From the human T2T-CHM13v2.0 reference genome, Homo sapiens, in assembly GCF_009914755.1 (NCBI RefSeq), contig NC_060939.1: a DNA stretch of 64,000 nucleotides; one strand, written 5' to 3'. The position numbers and the translations under genes were made by a program. How positions within the stretch are numbered: the first letter of the stretch is position 1; each line of letters begins with the position of its first letter. Below the pieces are notes generated by a model. That model was given only the letters and a program-made list of their open reading frames with translations. It had not been told where the DNA came from and ran no database searches. Shown in pieces: positions 1 to 13,565 of the stretch.

Positions 1-237
1 ATCATGGCTCACTGCAGCCTCAACCCCCCTGGGCTCAAGAGATCCTCCTACCTCAGCCTCCCAAGTAGCGGGAACTACAGACTCACACCACCATGCCTGG
101 CCGATTTTTGTATTTTTTGTAGAGACAGGGTTTCACCATATTGGCCAGGCTGGCCTCGAACTCCTGGACTATAGTAATCTGCCTACCTTGACCTCCCAAA
201 GTGCTAGGATTACAGGTGTGAGCCATCGCACCCAGCC
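1..237 (-). mobile_element. Alu (J-like), cut by window edge
   Basis: Reverse Alu motifs ctcactgcagcctc...cccaaagtgctaggattacagg. Confidence 0.9.
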
Positions 238-357
238 TTGCTTCTTTTCAATAACAATTTTCAGACAGTCTAGCATTATTCCAGGTGAATTTTTGAAACC
301 ATTTTGTCATATGTAAGGAAAAAAAAAATCCTATGGGTGTTTGCACGCAATTATGTT

Positions 358-620
358 AAATTCATTCAATAAACATGTACTGAGTCCTTACTGTGTGCCG
401 GGTGGAATTCTGGGTACTGGGAATACTCAGAAAAGGGCACACCAGCCCTGATGGCATTTACAAAATTCTACCGGGGAAACTGGAGACGAAAGAACAAAAA
501 GGTAATTTCAGATGATGAGACATGCTATAAAAAATAAAACAGGGGAAGAGGAGAATGAGTGCTGGCTGGAAGAGCAGGCTGCTATTTGAGTTAGGTTGTC
601 AATGTCTTAAGGAATGTGAT
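358..620 (-). mobile_element. L2 3' end fragment
   Basis: ttcattcaataaacatgtactgagtccttactgtgtgcc, the typical L2 tail. Confidence 0.6.
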
Positions 621-708
621 CCTTGAATTCCAACCTGATTCATGCCCAGAGTGTATTAGATCTATAAATTCATTTGGGAGGAGTAGACATGGTTAAAATG
701 TTCAGTCT

Positions 709-1004
709 GGCCAGGCTCAGTGGCTTACACCTGTAATCCCAGCACTTTGGGAGGCCGAGCCGAACGGCCTACTTGAGGTCAGGAGTTTGAGAACAACCTG
801 GCCAACAGGTGAAACCCCATCTGTACTAAAAATACAAAAATTTAGCTGGGCATGGTGGGAGGTGCCCATAGTCCCAGCTACTCAGGAGGTTGAGGCATGA
901 GAATCACTTGAACCCAGGAGGCAAGGTTGCAGTGAGCCAAGATCACACCACTGCACTCTAGCCTGGATGACAGAGCAAGACTCCATCTCAAAACAGCAAC
1001 AAAA
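709..1004 (+). mobile_element. Alu (S-like), inserted in old antisense L1
   Basis: Full dimer; flanks share ttcagtct (degenerate TSD). Confidence 0.92.
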
Positions 1005-1009
1005 CCATT

Positions 1010-2280
1010 CAGTCTAAGAACATAGCATTTATTACCGTTTATTCAAATAGCTTACATCTGCCAGTGAAGTTTTGTTATTTTCCATATAAATTCTCTGCAT
1101 TCCTTGTAAAGATTCATCATAGGTATTTAATTGCATTTTGCTGTGGTATGATGATGATGACAAAGAATGGAATCTGTTCCTTTTTATCTCTAAAATTCTT
1201 ATCAATATACAGAAAAGTTATGGGTTTTTTTATATTTACCTCTATCTGGTAATTTCGTTGCGCTTTTATAAATTCTGAGTAATTTGAGTTGATTCTCATC
1301 GTTTTCTAGTGATATAATCATACCATATAGAAATAATTATAATATTGCCTCCTCCTTTCCAATAGTAATTACTCTGAATAGCAGACATCCTTAACCTATC
1401 TCTGATTTTAATGTGAATGCTCCTAATTTTTACTAGCAAGGAAAATGGATGTATGCTCAATAAATATTTTAATTGAATATATGATTACATGCTCATCATT
1501 GGGGTAAGAAAGTCTATTTCTAATCTTGTAATCTTTTTTTTTTTTTACCAGGATGAGTTTTAAATGACATTTTGGCACCTACTTACGTTATTTTTTCTTT
1601 AAAGTTTTCTATATTATCCTTGAATTCCTGGATTATACCCTGTTTCATCTTGCTGAATGGTTTTTTTAATGTTCTGTTGAATTCAATTTGCTAGGACCTT
1701 ATTTGGGATTTTTAAAATCTGTATTCCGAAGTGAGATTGGCCTATTGTTTTCATTTTGTGCTACCTCTCTGAGGTGGAGGTTAGGTTAGTGTTCCAATTT
1801 TTATGTGCTCTGGAAAAGCTTATATAATAATCTGTTCCTTCAGATTTTTATAAAAACTCACCAATAAAAAACATCTGGCACTAGAATATTTTTGGAAGAA
1901 ATTACTGCTAACTTGTAACAATTCTTCTATGGCTGTGAGTCTACTATGTTTTCTTGTTCATCTTAAATCAAGCTGGTAATTTTTTAATGTATCTTTTTCA
2001 TGGAGAATTTCAAATGTAGTATAGAATTACATATCAAATTCACTTTTAATTTCAGCATCATCTGATATATTCTCTTATTTGGGCTTTATTGCTTTTTTAT
2101 TAAATTTGCTTATTTTCAAAAATGTCTTGGAGACCAGCTCTCAGGTTCTTATGTGTGTTTTTCTTTCTTGAATTCACATACTTCTGTTTTATGATTTCTA
2201 CCTTGGTTTCCTCTTTTTAAAAAAAAAAGAAATAAGAGTATTTAAATTGCATAAATTCAATGTGTGACACTTCTGTTTTT
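1010..2280 (-). mobile_element. Old degenerate L1 (L1M-type) fragments
   Basis: T-rich; resembles antisense L1 ORF2 (gttgaattcaatttgctag, gtgagattggcct). Confidence 0.55.
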
Positions 2281-2289
2281 GCTGTTTTC

Positions 2290-2935
2290 TCAGTGGTTCT
2301 TAAATGTTTTCATCTCAGGACCCTTTTCTCCTCTTTAAAACTGAAGACCCCAGAGAGCTTTTGTTCATATGAATTTATTCGTTAATATTTACAGTATTCA
2401 CATTTTAAACTGAAATTTGAGAATTTTATATTACTTTGCTTTCAAATAACAATAATAAACTCACTATATAATACAGTAACAGTTTTTTTAAAGTAACTAT
2501 TTCCCAGAGCAAAAACATTTTGAGAAGAGTGGCATCATTTTACAATTTGCAAATACTGTATCTTTTAATGTCTGGCCTAATAGAAGACAGCTGGATTCTC
2601 ATATCTGCTTCTCCAATCTATTGTGATAGATTATTTGGCTAAAGTATATGAAGAAAATCTGGTTTCACATAAATATGTAGTTGGAAAATAGAGAGGTAGT
2701 TTAGTGGTCTTTTCAGATCATTGTGAATCTTCTCCTTTGATACTATACCAAACTAGAAAAGTGGTAGTTTCTTAAAGGTTAGTTGCAATGGGAAATCTGA
2801 AACCACATCAATAAACTTGTCATGTTCTTTATACTCATGAGTAAGAGAAAAAAAGGCAAATAGCATCTTAGAGTTGTTATGGAAATAGGTTTAATCTCAA
2901 AGATCCCCTGAGAGGATCTTAAGGACCATACTTTC
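2290..2935. mobile_element. hAT-Charlie DNA transposon (Charlie1-like)
   Basis: cagtggttcttaaa terminus; internal aatgtctggcctaatagaagacagctggattctcatatctgcttct matches recalled Charlie1-family sequence. Confidence 0.6.
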
Positions 2936-3744
2936 AGATATACTTTTCCAAGTAAATGGAAATATATCCATTTTTTTAAACTTTTTATTTTCAAGTAATG
3001 TTAAATTTACAGAAGAGTTGCAGAGAGAATGCAGAGTTCCCATGTACTCTTAACCCAGCTTCCCCTAATAAGAAATTTTTAAAACTTTATGGTAAAATAT
3101 ATATAACATAAAATTTACCATTTTAACCATTTTAAATGTACAGTTCAGTGGCATTAAGCACATTCACATTATTGTACAACCATCAACAGCACCCATCCAT
3201 AGAACTTTCTTCATCTTCCAAAACTGAAACTCTATACCCATGATGTGTAAGTTGGATTCACTTATTAACCCAAACTACTTGAGGCATCTGTTGAGATTTA
3301 CATGCTTAACTGGTTGCATTTGTGCTGTTAATACCTGATTGTATTGCTTTGGAGAGTGTAGTCTGCATGATTTTGAGGGCTGAGGTGAGAAAGAAACTGT
3401 TTCTCTCTCTGTCTACTGAATCAGGGCTATACAGTTTATACCAGACAAAAAAGGACAGCTGTTCCCTCCACATAGGAGCACCTTTGTTTTGAGATGGCCA
3501 GAGCACTGCCTCTTCATCACTTCATCAGTCTCTGTCAGTTGATATAAACCATGAAATCAGAACACATGGGATAGTGAGAGTAATGACATGACGTTTCACC
3601 CACAAACACCATATTGCTAAGCTTGGGTTATAAGGACAAAGGAAGAGGAGGAGTCCCTAGACCCATTCTTGGGGGAAGGGGAAGTCAGTAGTGATGGAGG
3701 ACATGGTGCACTCTGTTGTTCCAATCTCTGTGGGGGGAAGCAGT

Positions 3745-3925
3745 AGCAAGAAAACTGAAGATTTACAGCCAGATAGGAAATATTTTAGGCTTTGCAGTCC
3801 CTATGGACACTGTCACAACTACTCAACTCTCCTATGCAAAAGCAGTGACTGATTCCAATAAAACTTTATTTACAAAAGCAGGTGGCAGGCCATATTTGGC
3901 TCAGAGACTGTGTTTTGGTGACCGC
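3745..3925. mobile_element. MER58A-like hAT MITE
   Basis: gccagatag..aatattttaggctttgc...caactactcaactct...ttccaataaaactttatttacaaaa. Confidence 0.75.
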
Positions 3926-4489
3926 CACACTAAATGAATTCCTGGCAGGGGTCCGAAAACTGGTTAAGACTTAGGAATATCTCAGTCAACACTAGTTGAC
4001 CATCTTAAAGGAGAGTTCTACCAGCACGCAGATGAACAGTAACCAAGGCAATGGACAGTCACATATCCTGCCTGTTGGCTGGTACCAAAGCAGGATATCA
4101 CGCTTCCTTCCAACATTTAGTTGATAAAAGTTTCATAGTCAACTCTGAGCATGAGGCAGGTGGCATCTATTAACCCCTAGAGAATAAAAATTAAACTACA
4201 GACTTCTCACTAGATGTCCACCTTCTTTAACTGCTTGTTCTTTAAGGACTATTGAGTCCACCTCTTAATGTTGTTAGGTTTTGCTGTTTTAAATTTTATT
4301 CTATATGAAAAATTATGCTATAATTTTTAGAAGTTATGGGATATTTGCTGTTAGGACCAGGAAGCTATAACCAGAGCATTATTGCTTCCTCCTGACAGCA
4401 CTTTCTGTTTTTAGAAAACAGGCATAAGAGACCGTGAAAAACCACTAAAACGGCTGAACTCACAAGCTAACCTTAAAAGCCAGCACCTT

Positions 4490-4804
<315 letters not shown>

Positions 4805-5724
4805 TCAGAAATTCATCTGTATCAACCATTCATCAATCAAAAATATTTGAATGCAAATATTTGGAAATTACTAATGCAAAGTATGCCAATATGCAAATTA
4901 ACCTGTTTGTTCATTTTTTCTCATTTATTCATTCATTCACTTATTGAGAGTCTGTTATGAGCTAAGTCTGTTATTAGCCAAGTCTGTTTTAGGCTGCAGT
5001 TGTGGCTTCAGTTATAATCTCCTGTAAATGTTTGTTTTGTTCACATGTGTTCAGATGTATTCTATGTAACAGTTGCCTCTACCTTCTATTTTAATGAAAA
5101 AGCTCCTTGAGCACAAATCTGTATTTTCCCGTCTCTTCATAATTCTCCACAGTTCCCAACTGCATGCTCTGCATGCAATAAAGCATTTAGCACATGATTT
5201 TGATTTATTGACTGGTGGGAAGCCTTTACAAGCCAGTCTTCTGTCTTGAGCCCCATCCAGAATTCTTCTGTTAATTTTTCTATAGTTCCCAAAGGTTACA
5301 AAGAACATTTTCCTTTCAGCCTTTAAGAGCTTGTGTAGAATTAGTCATCACTGGGACCCAGACTTCACCCTAAACATGAGTGCATTTACATGCTCCAGTG
5401 AATTAATCCTGATGTCATATTGTGAATTGTGTCCTAATTTTTTAAGAGACTCCGTATTCCATTTGATTCATAAAAATGAAAAGTAAAATGCTAATGTGTA
5501 AAACTGTTGTTACTCCAGTTAATGAAATATTTTCCCAACCTTTCATAATCAGTTCCAGCCTAGATGAGAAGCTTATTTGCAAAAATAATAGATGAAAAAG
5601 GGAAATTAAATCCTCTGTAATTAAAAATAGTAACATTCTTCTATTAGGTTCCCTGTTTAATCATCTTCATTGTTTTGTTTTGTTTTTTTCTTTTTTGTTG
5701 TTGAGGTTTTTTTTTGTTTTGTAT

Positions 5725-5727
<3 letters not shown>

Positions 5728-5764
<37 letters not shown>
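5728..5764 (+). repeat. (TG)n microsatellite
   Basis: Direct reading. Confidence 0.95.
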
Positions 5765-5765
<1 letters not shown>

Positions 5766-7521
5766 TGTGACAGAGCAAGAGAGAGAAGAGAGAGAGGTGC
5801 CTGTAATTTTCTAAAACCTGTGTTTGAGGGCAAAATGTTAACATCTTGGAATAATCACCCCCTGCCAGTGTTTTTTTCTTTTTCAATTATTTGCTTACTT
5901 TGACATTTTCATTCCCCACTATGACAGATGTTCCAGAACCACGTGCATATGGTTCTCCTCCTGGGCAAGGCCATTTCCCTGCCTCCTCTCCATCCCGGCC
6001 CATGAGATAAAGCTCAGGAACGCCTTTTGTCCATCTTTGGCTGGCAGGCAAGAGCCAGGGATCCCCACACTCTGCAACTGTATCCATAAGGCCCTGTAGA
6101 GCTCTTCAGTTTACTTCCTCCTCAATGAGATTCTGAAAGATGGTTTATCTAAAATGTGACCAAGATATACTAATAATTCTACTGGAAATTTCTACGAAGT
6201 GTTTTTAACCCTCAAAAAGTCAGACCAAGGATGGATTTTGAACCTGGTGTGGCCTCTCTGCTCTGGGAGCCACCACCTGGTTCCTCGGATGCTCAGTAGC
6301 TCTGGGCTTCCGGAAGCAGCGTCTGTGAAGGGGCAGGGGAGAGAGTCCCAGACATGGAGCCTCAAGTCAGGCTCTGAATTCTGTGTCTGCCACTGAGCAG
6401 CTCTGATCTTGAGCATTGTTATTTGAACTCTGTGACTCTCCTTTCTCCTCACATATAAAGTGAGGATAAGAGGAAGGTAGAGAGGATGAAAGGAGATCAT
6501 GTTGTATAAAGCTGCCTCCATATACAGAATAAGCCTTCCCCCTCAGTGCTGTCATAAAATCAGTAACCCACAAAGGAGAGCCAAGTTCCTCCAGGCTTCA
6601 CGCCTAACCAGAGAGGTGTGTGGGATAGAAAAAGACCTACACCATCCTCCTAGCTCTGTGCTGGATGAGATTTGTCACTTGGGGCAAGACTGCGTGCATC
6701 ACCTCAGTTTCTGCATCCATAAAATGGAACTGATACCATCACCCTCATTGAGATCATGGGGATTGAGAAGATGTACACATGAAAGTGCCAGCACCTCTTC
6801 TGGACAATGGAAGAGATTCCTCGGGTGTTATTTCCCTCCAGTTTGGGTTCTGAGTCCAGAATCCTTTCTGGAGCAACCTGTTTGGGTGTTCTTCCCCGTC
6901 CCTGAACGTGAGTGGAGGCTTAGAGCTGACTTTTTCATGAGGCAACCTCTTCAACCCTGAACAGGTCTTGCTCTTCAAAAGTCCTTGATATTTAACCAAA
7001 ATATGCCGCTTCAAACTTCCCACTGGTGATGCATGAAATAGAGTAAATGCCCCCAAACTCTTCTCCAATTAAGATTTTTTATCCCAGTGGAATCAGATTC
7101 AATTAAGCATCAAAGTCAATCTTTGGTGGAAAAATAAGTCAAATTTCAGCCAGAGTGATCTTTGCAGAAGGGCCATCCTTGCCTTTGGCTCTGGCCCTGG
7201 AGTTGTATTGAGGTTTTGTGATTAATGGGTAATTGCCTGAGCCTTACATTTTTTAAGATCTTTTGGTGGAACTGTCCTCTTTGGTGTTGCTGGCTCTTTC
7301 TTCGGAATCACAAAAGCCCAGAATCCTTGCTGAGAATCTGGGGTCCTTGTGGCATGCAGCTGCAGCTGCCACTCCCCACCTCCTGGGATGGTGCCTGAGT
7401 CTGTACTTCTAGATAGTCACAAGGTCGTCTAGCAGAGTAGGAGCCAAGAGTCAGTATACATGCCTGACTGGGGCGTGGGGACCTGAGATGGCAAGGAGGA
7501 CCGAGTCTTACTGATACTCAC

Positions 7522-8382
7522 TATGGTAGACAGAATAATGGCCCCCCAAAGTTGTCCACAGCCTACTCCCGAGAACCTGTGAACATGTTAAGTTACATGG
7601 TGTATTAGTCCATTTCACACTGCTGATAAAGACATCTCCTAGACTGGGCAATTTACAAAAGAAAGAAGTTTAATGACTTACAGTTTCATGTGGTTGGGGA
7701 GGCCTCACAATCATGGCAGAAGGCAAGGAGGAGCAAGTCACATCTTACATGGATGGCAGCAGGCAAAAAAAGGTTGTGCAGGGAAACTCCTCCTTATAAA
7801 ACCATCAGATCTTGTGAGACTTATTCACTGTCATGAGAACAGCATGGCAAAGACCCGCCCCCATGATTCAATTACCTCCCACAAGGTCCCTTCCACAACA
7901 TGTGAGAATTCAAGATGAGATTTGGATGGGAATACAGCCAAACCATATCACATGGCAAAGGGGAATTAATGTTACAGATGGAATTAAGGTCCTAATGAAG
8001 ACCCTTGTGATGGAAAGATTACCCTGGATTATCCAGGTGAGTCCAGTGTAACCACAAGGGTCCTTCTAGGTAGAAGGGGCAGGACGAAGAGTTGAGTCAG
8101 GAAGAGATTTGAAGAGGCTGAACTGCGGGCTTTGCAGATGAAGGAAGGGGCCACAAACTAAGGAGTGCAAGAAATACAACTCTAGCAGCTGGAAAGGCAA
8201 GGAAACAATTTTTCCCCTAAAGCTTCCGTAAAGGAACACAGCCCTGCCAACTCCTTGATTTTAGCCCAGCAAAATCCATTTCAGACTTCTGACCTCCAGA
8301 ACTGCAAGATAATACATTTATGTTGCTTTAAGCCACTAAGTGAATGGTGATTTGTTACAACAGCAAATAGGAAAAGAATACA
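7522..8382 (+). mobile_element. MLT1D/E-like MaLR LTR interrupted by a THE1 LTR
   Basis: ggtagacagaataatggcccccc start; gacttctgacctccagaactg...tttgttacaacagcaaataggaaa end. Confidence 0.8.
7601..7950 (-). mobile_element. THE1 solo LTR
   Basis: tgtattagtcc...ccaaaccatatca; perfect 5-bp TSD CATGG (7596-7600, 7951-7955). Confidence 0.9.
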
Positions 8383-10390
8383 CTCACCTTCCTTTATCAT
8401 CAACACATCCTGCTACTCAAGGCAGGGACTTCACCTGGCTGGAGACCATGCCTGTTTAGGTGTTAGCTGATCGTTAAGGAGCAGCTTGTCTGGACGGGAA
8501 GGAGCACAGACGTTGGATCGAGGCAGAGCTGAGTGAGGCAGTGCCATCACTTTCTGGCTTCACAGCCTTGCTCAGATTGTTTCATTTCTCTGACCTTTAT
8601 GCTCTAAAGCAGGAATCATTACAGGATTAAACTACAGAATGTACTCCTGGTTGATTACCTGGCATGCAGTCAGCTCTCAACACATGGTCTCTTTTAGTAA
8701 TGATGAGTTGAACTGTGCCTTTTCTTCCCTCCCCTGGGAAGTGTTTCTCTTTTTTTAGGGTGTGAGAGAGATTGACATTCTCTCCCTTGTCTAGCACAGG
8801 ACTGCCTTGCCCTGGGGATCCCTAGTGAACCATTGCTGGGAGGCTCAGATGGACTCCAGGCAGCTGGACATGGCGAATACATGAGAGATTGGCATAGCGT
8901 ATCCCCAGGGGAATGAGAATGAAACTAGAATCAAGATTCCCGAAGATCAAGCCGTCCAGGTGGAAACCTCAAGTAGCCAAACACAGCAGTGTGGTTGGGC
9001 TGGAATGTTTAACCTCTCTGGGAGGGATAACAACATTCCAGCTGGGACGTTCACCAAAAGTAACAAGTAATCACATGGGTGTGTTCTCTATCCAAATGAC
9101 CAGAGCCTCCATCTGGCTAGCTTCCCATGTAATTAGTTTAAGAGTAACAAAATACCAGGACATTAATATATACAAAGGAGTGTTCCAGAACATCTAGGCA
9201 CAGACTGATAAAGGAGACGTGGGTGTATGTGCACGTGTACGTTAAAGATGAGTTAATTTCAATGTTTCTATTATTCTAAACTGAACTGCTGCTATGGGTT
9301 TCAAGAATTACATAGCTTATGAGGTCATCTTGCTGGAACTATGATTCCAGAGCATCCCTCAAAACACGAGAGGACTTTTTTCCCCACTTTTATGTTGTTA
9401 GATGCCAAGGTGATTTAGCCAGAGTCAAAGCTGTACTTTATGGCAGGACATATATTCTTCCACTGTAGATTTTTTGTTTTTGTTTTGTTTTGTTTTTTGT
9501 TTTGTTTCATTCACCGAGTTGGAAGATTTAGCTCTGCAGTGTACAGGGAGCTACCAGTAAACTGTAGGTCAGGAGCTGGCCAGGGTGACCTCAGCTTAGC
9601 CACCAGAGCCCAACTCTCAAGTTGTTCAACTCTGTGTCTCCTCCTCTGTGCTTGATGGAGTTAACTAGGAGATCTCTGAGTTGGAGTGTCGCTCTGACCT
9701 CTGAGGGTACTTAAAGGGAAGCAGCAGGAGAAAGTGGGGAGGCAGAGAGTGGCACCAAGGTGCTGCAGATGACGTCTGCTGGCTGTGTTCCTGGTAATAA
9801 GAAGCGCTGTCCTCTGAAGGGACTCATGTTCCAGGGAAGACAATTTGGGGAAATGCTGACCGAGGTCATATTTTAATGTTTAAAGCTAGCTTTTAAGTAT
9901 TTAAAGAAACGATTTACAAGTCAGTCTCCTGAAATTACAATTCCATAAAACTTCCAAGTGGGCAAAGAATAATAACTTAAGGAAGAGCAGTTTCCTAAAC
10001 AGATAATGAGAGTGAAGTCCAAATTGCTTTTAAAGGGAGATAAAAAGGTCTCAAATTTCTTGCTATGGTTCTGAATGTTTAGTGATAGGTTCGTTTGAAG
10101 ATGAAATCAACCCTGATGTTAGCTCAATAATTTCAGGATGTGGGGAGGGTGGGGGGAAACCTAGCCTATGGGAAAGGAAAATCAGGAAAACCTTTTAGTA
10201 GACAGACATTTTTCATTGCTATCAAAGGATGTGTAAGGCCACAAAAACCTCTTAGCAGGAAGCATCCTGGGGTGATCCATACATTCTTTCTGGTGAGGCA
10301 GAAGGAAAAGGAGGTCCAAGTCTCATGATCTGTCTCTTTAGATCCAGTAGCAGCAAGGATCCTAAATTGGTGGATAAAGAAACAAAGCCA

Positions 10391-11072
10391 ACTGGGCTTG
10401 GTGGCTCACACCTGTAATCCCAGCACTTTGGGAGGCCAAGGTGGGCAGATTGCTTGAGCCCAGGAGTTCAAGACCAGCTTGGTCCACATGATGAAACCTG
10501 GTCTGTACAAAAAATACAAAAATTAGCCAGGTGTTGTAGTGCACACCGGTAGTCCCAGCTACTTGGAGGCTGAGGTGAGAGGATGGCTTTGAGCCCAGGA
10601 GGTTGCAGTGAGCCATGATCTCACCACTTGATATGGTTTGGCTGTGTCTCCACCCAAATCTCACCTTGAATTGTAGCTCCCATAATTCCCATGGGTTGTA
10701 GGAGAGACCCAGTGGGAGATAATTGAATCATGGAGGCGGTTTCCCCTATGCTGTTCTCATGGTAATGAACAAGTCTCCCGAGATTTGATGATTTTCTAAG
10801 GGGTTTCGCCTTTCACTTGGCTCCTACTCTCTCGCCTGCCACCATGTAAGACATCCCTTTGCTCTTCCTTCATCTCCTGCCATGATTGTGAGGCTTCCCC
10901 AGCTATGTGGAACTATGAGTCCATTAAGCCTGTTTCCTTTATAAATTACCCAGTCTCACATCTGTCTTTATTAGCAGCATGAGAACAGAATCATATACCA
11001 CTGCACTCAGGCCTGGATGACAGAGTGAGACCCTGTCTCAAAAAAAAAAAAGAAAGAAAGAAAGAAAGAAAA
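10391..11072 (+). mobile_element. AluJ-like element split by a THE1 LTR
   Basis: Alu runs to ...gatctcaccact (10628) and resumes ccactgcactc (10998) through to the A tail. Confidence 0.9.
10629..10997 (+). mobile_element. THE1 (D-like) solo LTR
   Basis: tgatatggtttggctgtgtc...ttagcagcatgagaacaga; 5-bp TSD CCACT. Confidence 0.9.
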
Positions 11073-12349
11073 GCCAGTGTCAAGGTTGGAGGTTGAGCAG
11101 AGGTGAGCATAAAGATCTCCTCTCAGATGAAGGTGGACCCTTTGGTGGAAACCATGTGAGAAATGGTCTTGGTCAGATCCTCTATTTGGAAAAACCATGA
11201 GAGATGGAATGGATTTCCATCTATGTTCTGGTGGCTTTATCCTTCTTGTAATGTCATGGTTGGTTCATCTGATTCAGAATACTTGGATTTCTCTTCTTTC
11301 AGTTTCTTTCTCTTTATAATCTATTTTATCCCAAAATATAGATTTGGACCTGGTTAGCATTTTTCACTTGCCTCTAAGATCTGCTGTCTCTGATGACTTT
11401 TAATAAAGGTCTGGCATCTTTCAAGTATGACTCTGGGTCAACATATTTTCTTTTAACATGGTTAAGCTTTTGCAAGGATTATACATTTTCCTTCCAGTTG
11501 TGCAGCAAGTTGCCTGGCAATTTAACTTTTCATTTCTGTGTATAGTTTAATTGAAATTTTTATTGAAATAATTGGGAATTCATATGCAATTGTAAGAAAT
11601 AATGTGTTATTTCAGATTTTAACTGAGTGAAAAATTCTGCTTCCAAACAAAAGAACTGTTAAAAACAAGAAATCCAGCGATTGCTGCCCATATTATGATG
11701 TCCCAAGAAAAAGTACAGATACCAGGAACTGAACTGAAATTTTCAGGACATGCTGTTATAACTCTGTGTAGCTTTGTCAGGAGAAGCCTGAAGTACAACT
11801 CTGAGACAGTCCATAGCCCCTTGATAGCACTGAAGACCACCACACTAGACCCCACAGGACCACAGCAAACCACCCAGAACACTCCCCTGTATCCACCTGG
11901 AGTCGTGTGCACCTGGCCACCAGGATGGTCCTAAGTGCAGCAGCCCACAGGAGATGGAGAGGTGTGCCGAGGAACCAGCAGTGCATGTGATGGCCCTGGC
12001 TCTCTCTTAATTTGAAGTTTGCCTTCTGTGCCCCTTGAATTCACATCTCATTCTGTCTCCTCACGGCCCTCTTTCCAAAACCTCCCACGGAATACGCATA
12101 TAGCTTAATGAGCTATTACAAGGGGAAGAACTAGAACTCTGCTAGTCCCCAGAGGCCCTTCCACAGGCTGTGTCCCAATCTTTGCTCCCTCTCTTCCTCT
12201 CTTGACTTTTAGAGAAATCATTTCCTTGCATTTCTTTATAATTGTATAACCCAAGTGTGCATCCCTAGGCATTCTGGTTTAACCTGGCCCATTTTAAATT
12301 AGGTCCTTTAAGCCTCTCTAATCTACAGATTCTCCCTTCTATCCTTTTA

Positions 12350-12525
12350 TTGTATGTGTATGTGTGTGTGTGTTTGTGTATGTATGAGTGTGTGTGTATG
12401 TATGTGTGTGTGCAAGTTCAGTTCCTGATACCTATAATTTTCTTGAGACGCTGTAATATGGGCAGCAGGCATTAGATTTTTTGTTAATAATGTGTGTATA
12501 TACACATAAAATATTTGTGTGTGTG

Positions 12526-12558
<33 letters not shown>
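12350..12558 (+). repeat. Two imperfect (TG)n tracts
   Basis: ~12350-12412 and ~12517-12558. Confidence 0.9.
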
Positions 12559-12561
<3 letters not shown>

Positions 12562-12784
12562 AGCCCAGGGTATTTGACTGTAACATTTCTCATAGTGGTG
12601 AGTTTTGCTGATTGCAGAGCCATTCTCCCTTAGTGAAGGGACAGATGATGGTGACCACTACAGAGACAGGTAAGAAGGTAGCCTGAGTCCCAACCAACCC
12701 AGGGAGCCACAGCCCCTGCACACTCAGGAGGCAGGACGGATGTTGCTTTCTTCTTCCTTCACAAGGGAGAAGAATACCTTCAGA

Positions 12785-13090
12785 ATCAGATTCAAATCTT
12801 GACTCTTCCTCATTGTTAGCTCTGTGACCTTGGGCAAGTTACTTAGCCTGTCTGAGCCTCTGCTTCCCATCTATACAATGAAGCTAATAATGCCCACCCA
12901 GAGACTTTGTGAAGATTATATAAGACAATAAGTGTGTGTTGGGCAAGTTACTTAATTTATCTGTAAAATGTAAATAGCAGAGGTAAAATGATTGTGATAA
13001 CTAAATGAGTTAATACAGATAAAGCATGCAGGATGTGCCTGGGGCACAGAGAGGCCTCAATAAATGTTAGCTAGTTTTACTAGTATTATA
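12785..13090 (+). mobile_element. Two MIR fragments
   Basis: tgtgaccttgggcaagttacttagcctgtctgagcctc core; second gggcaagttacttaa copy. Confidence 0.75.
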
Positions 13091-13132
13091 TAAAGTATCT
13101 AATTTGTTGAAAATTCCTGTTTATGGTACCTT

Positions 13133-13565
13133 TTCTTAGGCCATTTTGTGTTGCTGTTTTAAAAATACCTGAGACTGGGTAATTTATAAAGAAAAGAGGT
13201 TTATTTAGCTCATAGTTCTGCAGGCCGAGAAGTTCAAGAGCATGGCCGTGGTTTTGGTGAGGGCTTTCGTGCTATGTCACAACATGGTGGAGAAGATCAG
13301 AGGAGAAGCAGACCCATGTGCAGAGAGGGACCAAACAGGAGGAGGAACCTCACTTTATAACAACCCACTCTTTTGGGAACTAACCCCTTTACACTAGGAC
13401 TAATACAATCTCATCAGAACAAGAATTCACTCACTACAGCTAAAAGGAAACAAAGCCATTCCTGAGGGATCCACCCCCAATGACCCAAACACCTCCCACT
13501 AGGCGCCACCTCCCAACACATTCAGGATCACATTTCAATATGAAATGCATATTGAAACTATAGCA
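13133..13565 (-). mobile_element. MST-family MaLR solo LTR
   Basis: aatacctgagactgggtaatttataaagaaaagaggtttattt...cacctcccactaggcgccacctcccaacac. Confidence 0.8.

Noticed and set aside
6499-6960. 153-aa + strand ORF
   Set aside because: Overlaps a MIR fragment; no recognisable domain or convincing splice context
11619-11990. Unique-looking segment between L1 fragments with overlapping ORFs; possible processed pseudogene or cryptic exon
   Set aside because: No recognisable protein similarity, poly(A) tail or TSD; a BLAST search would be needed
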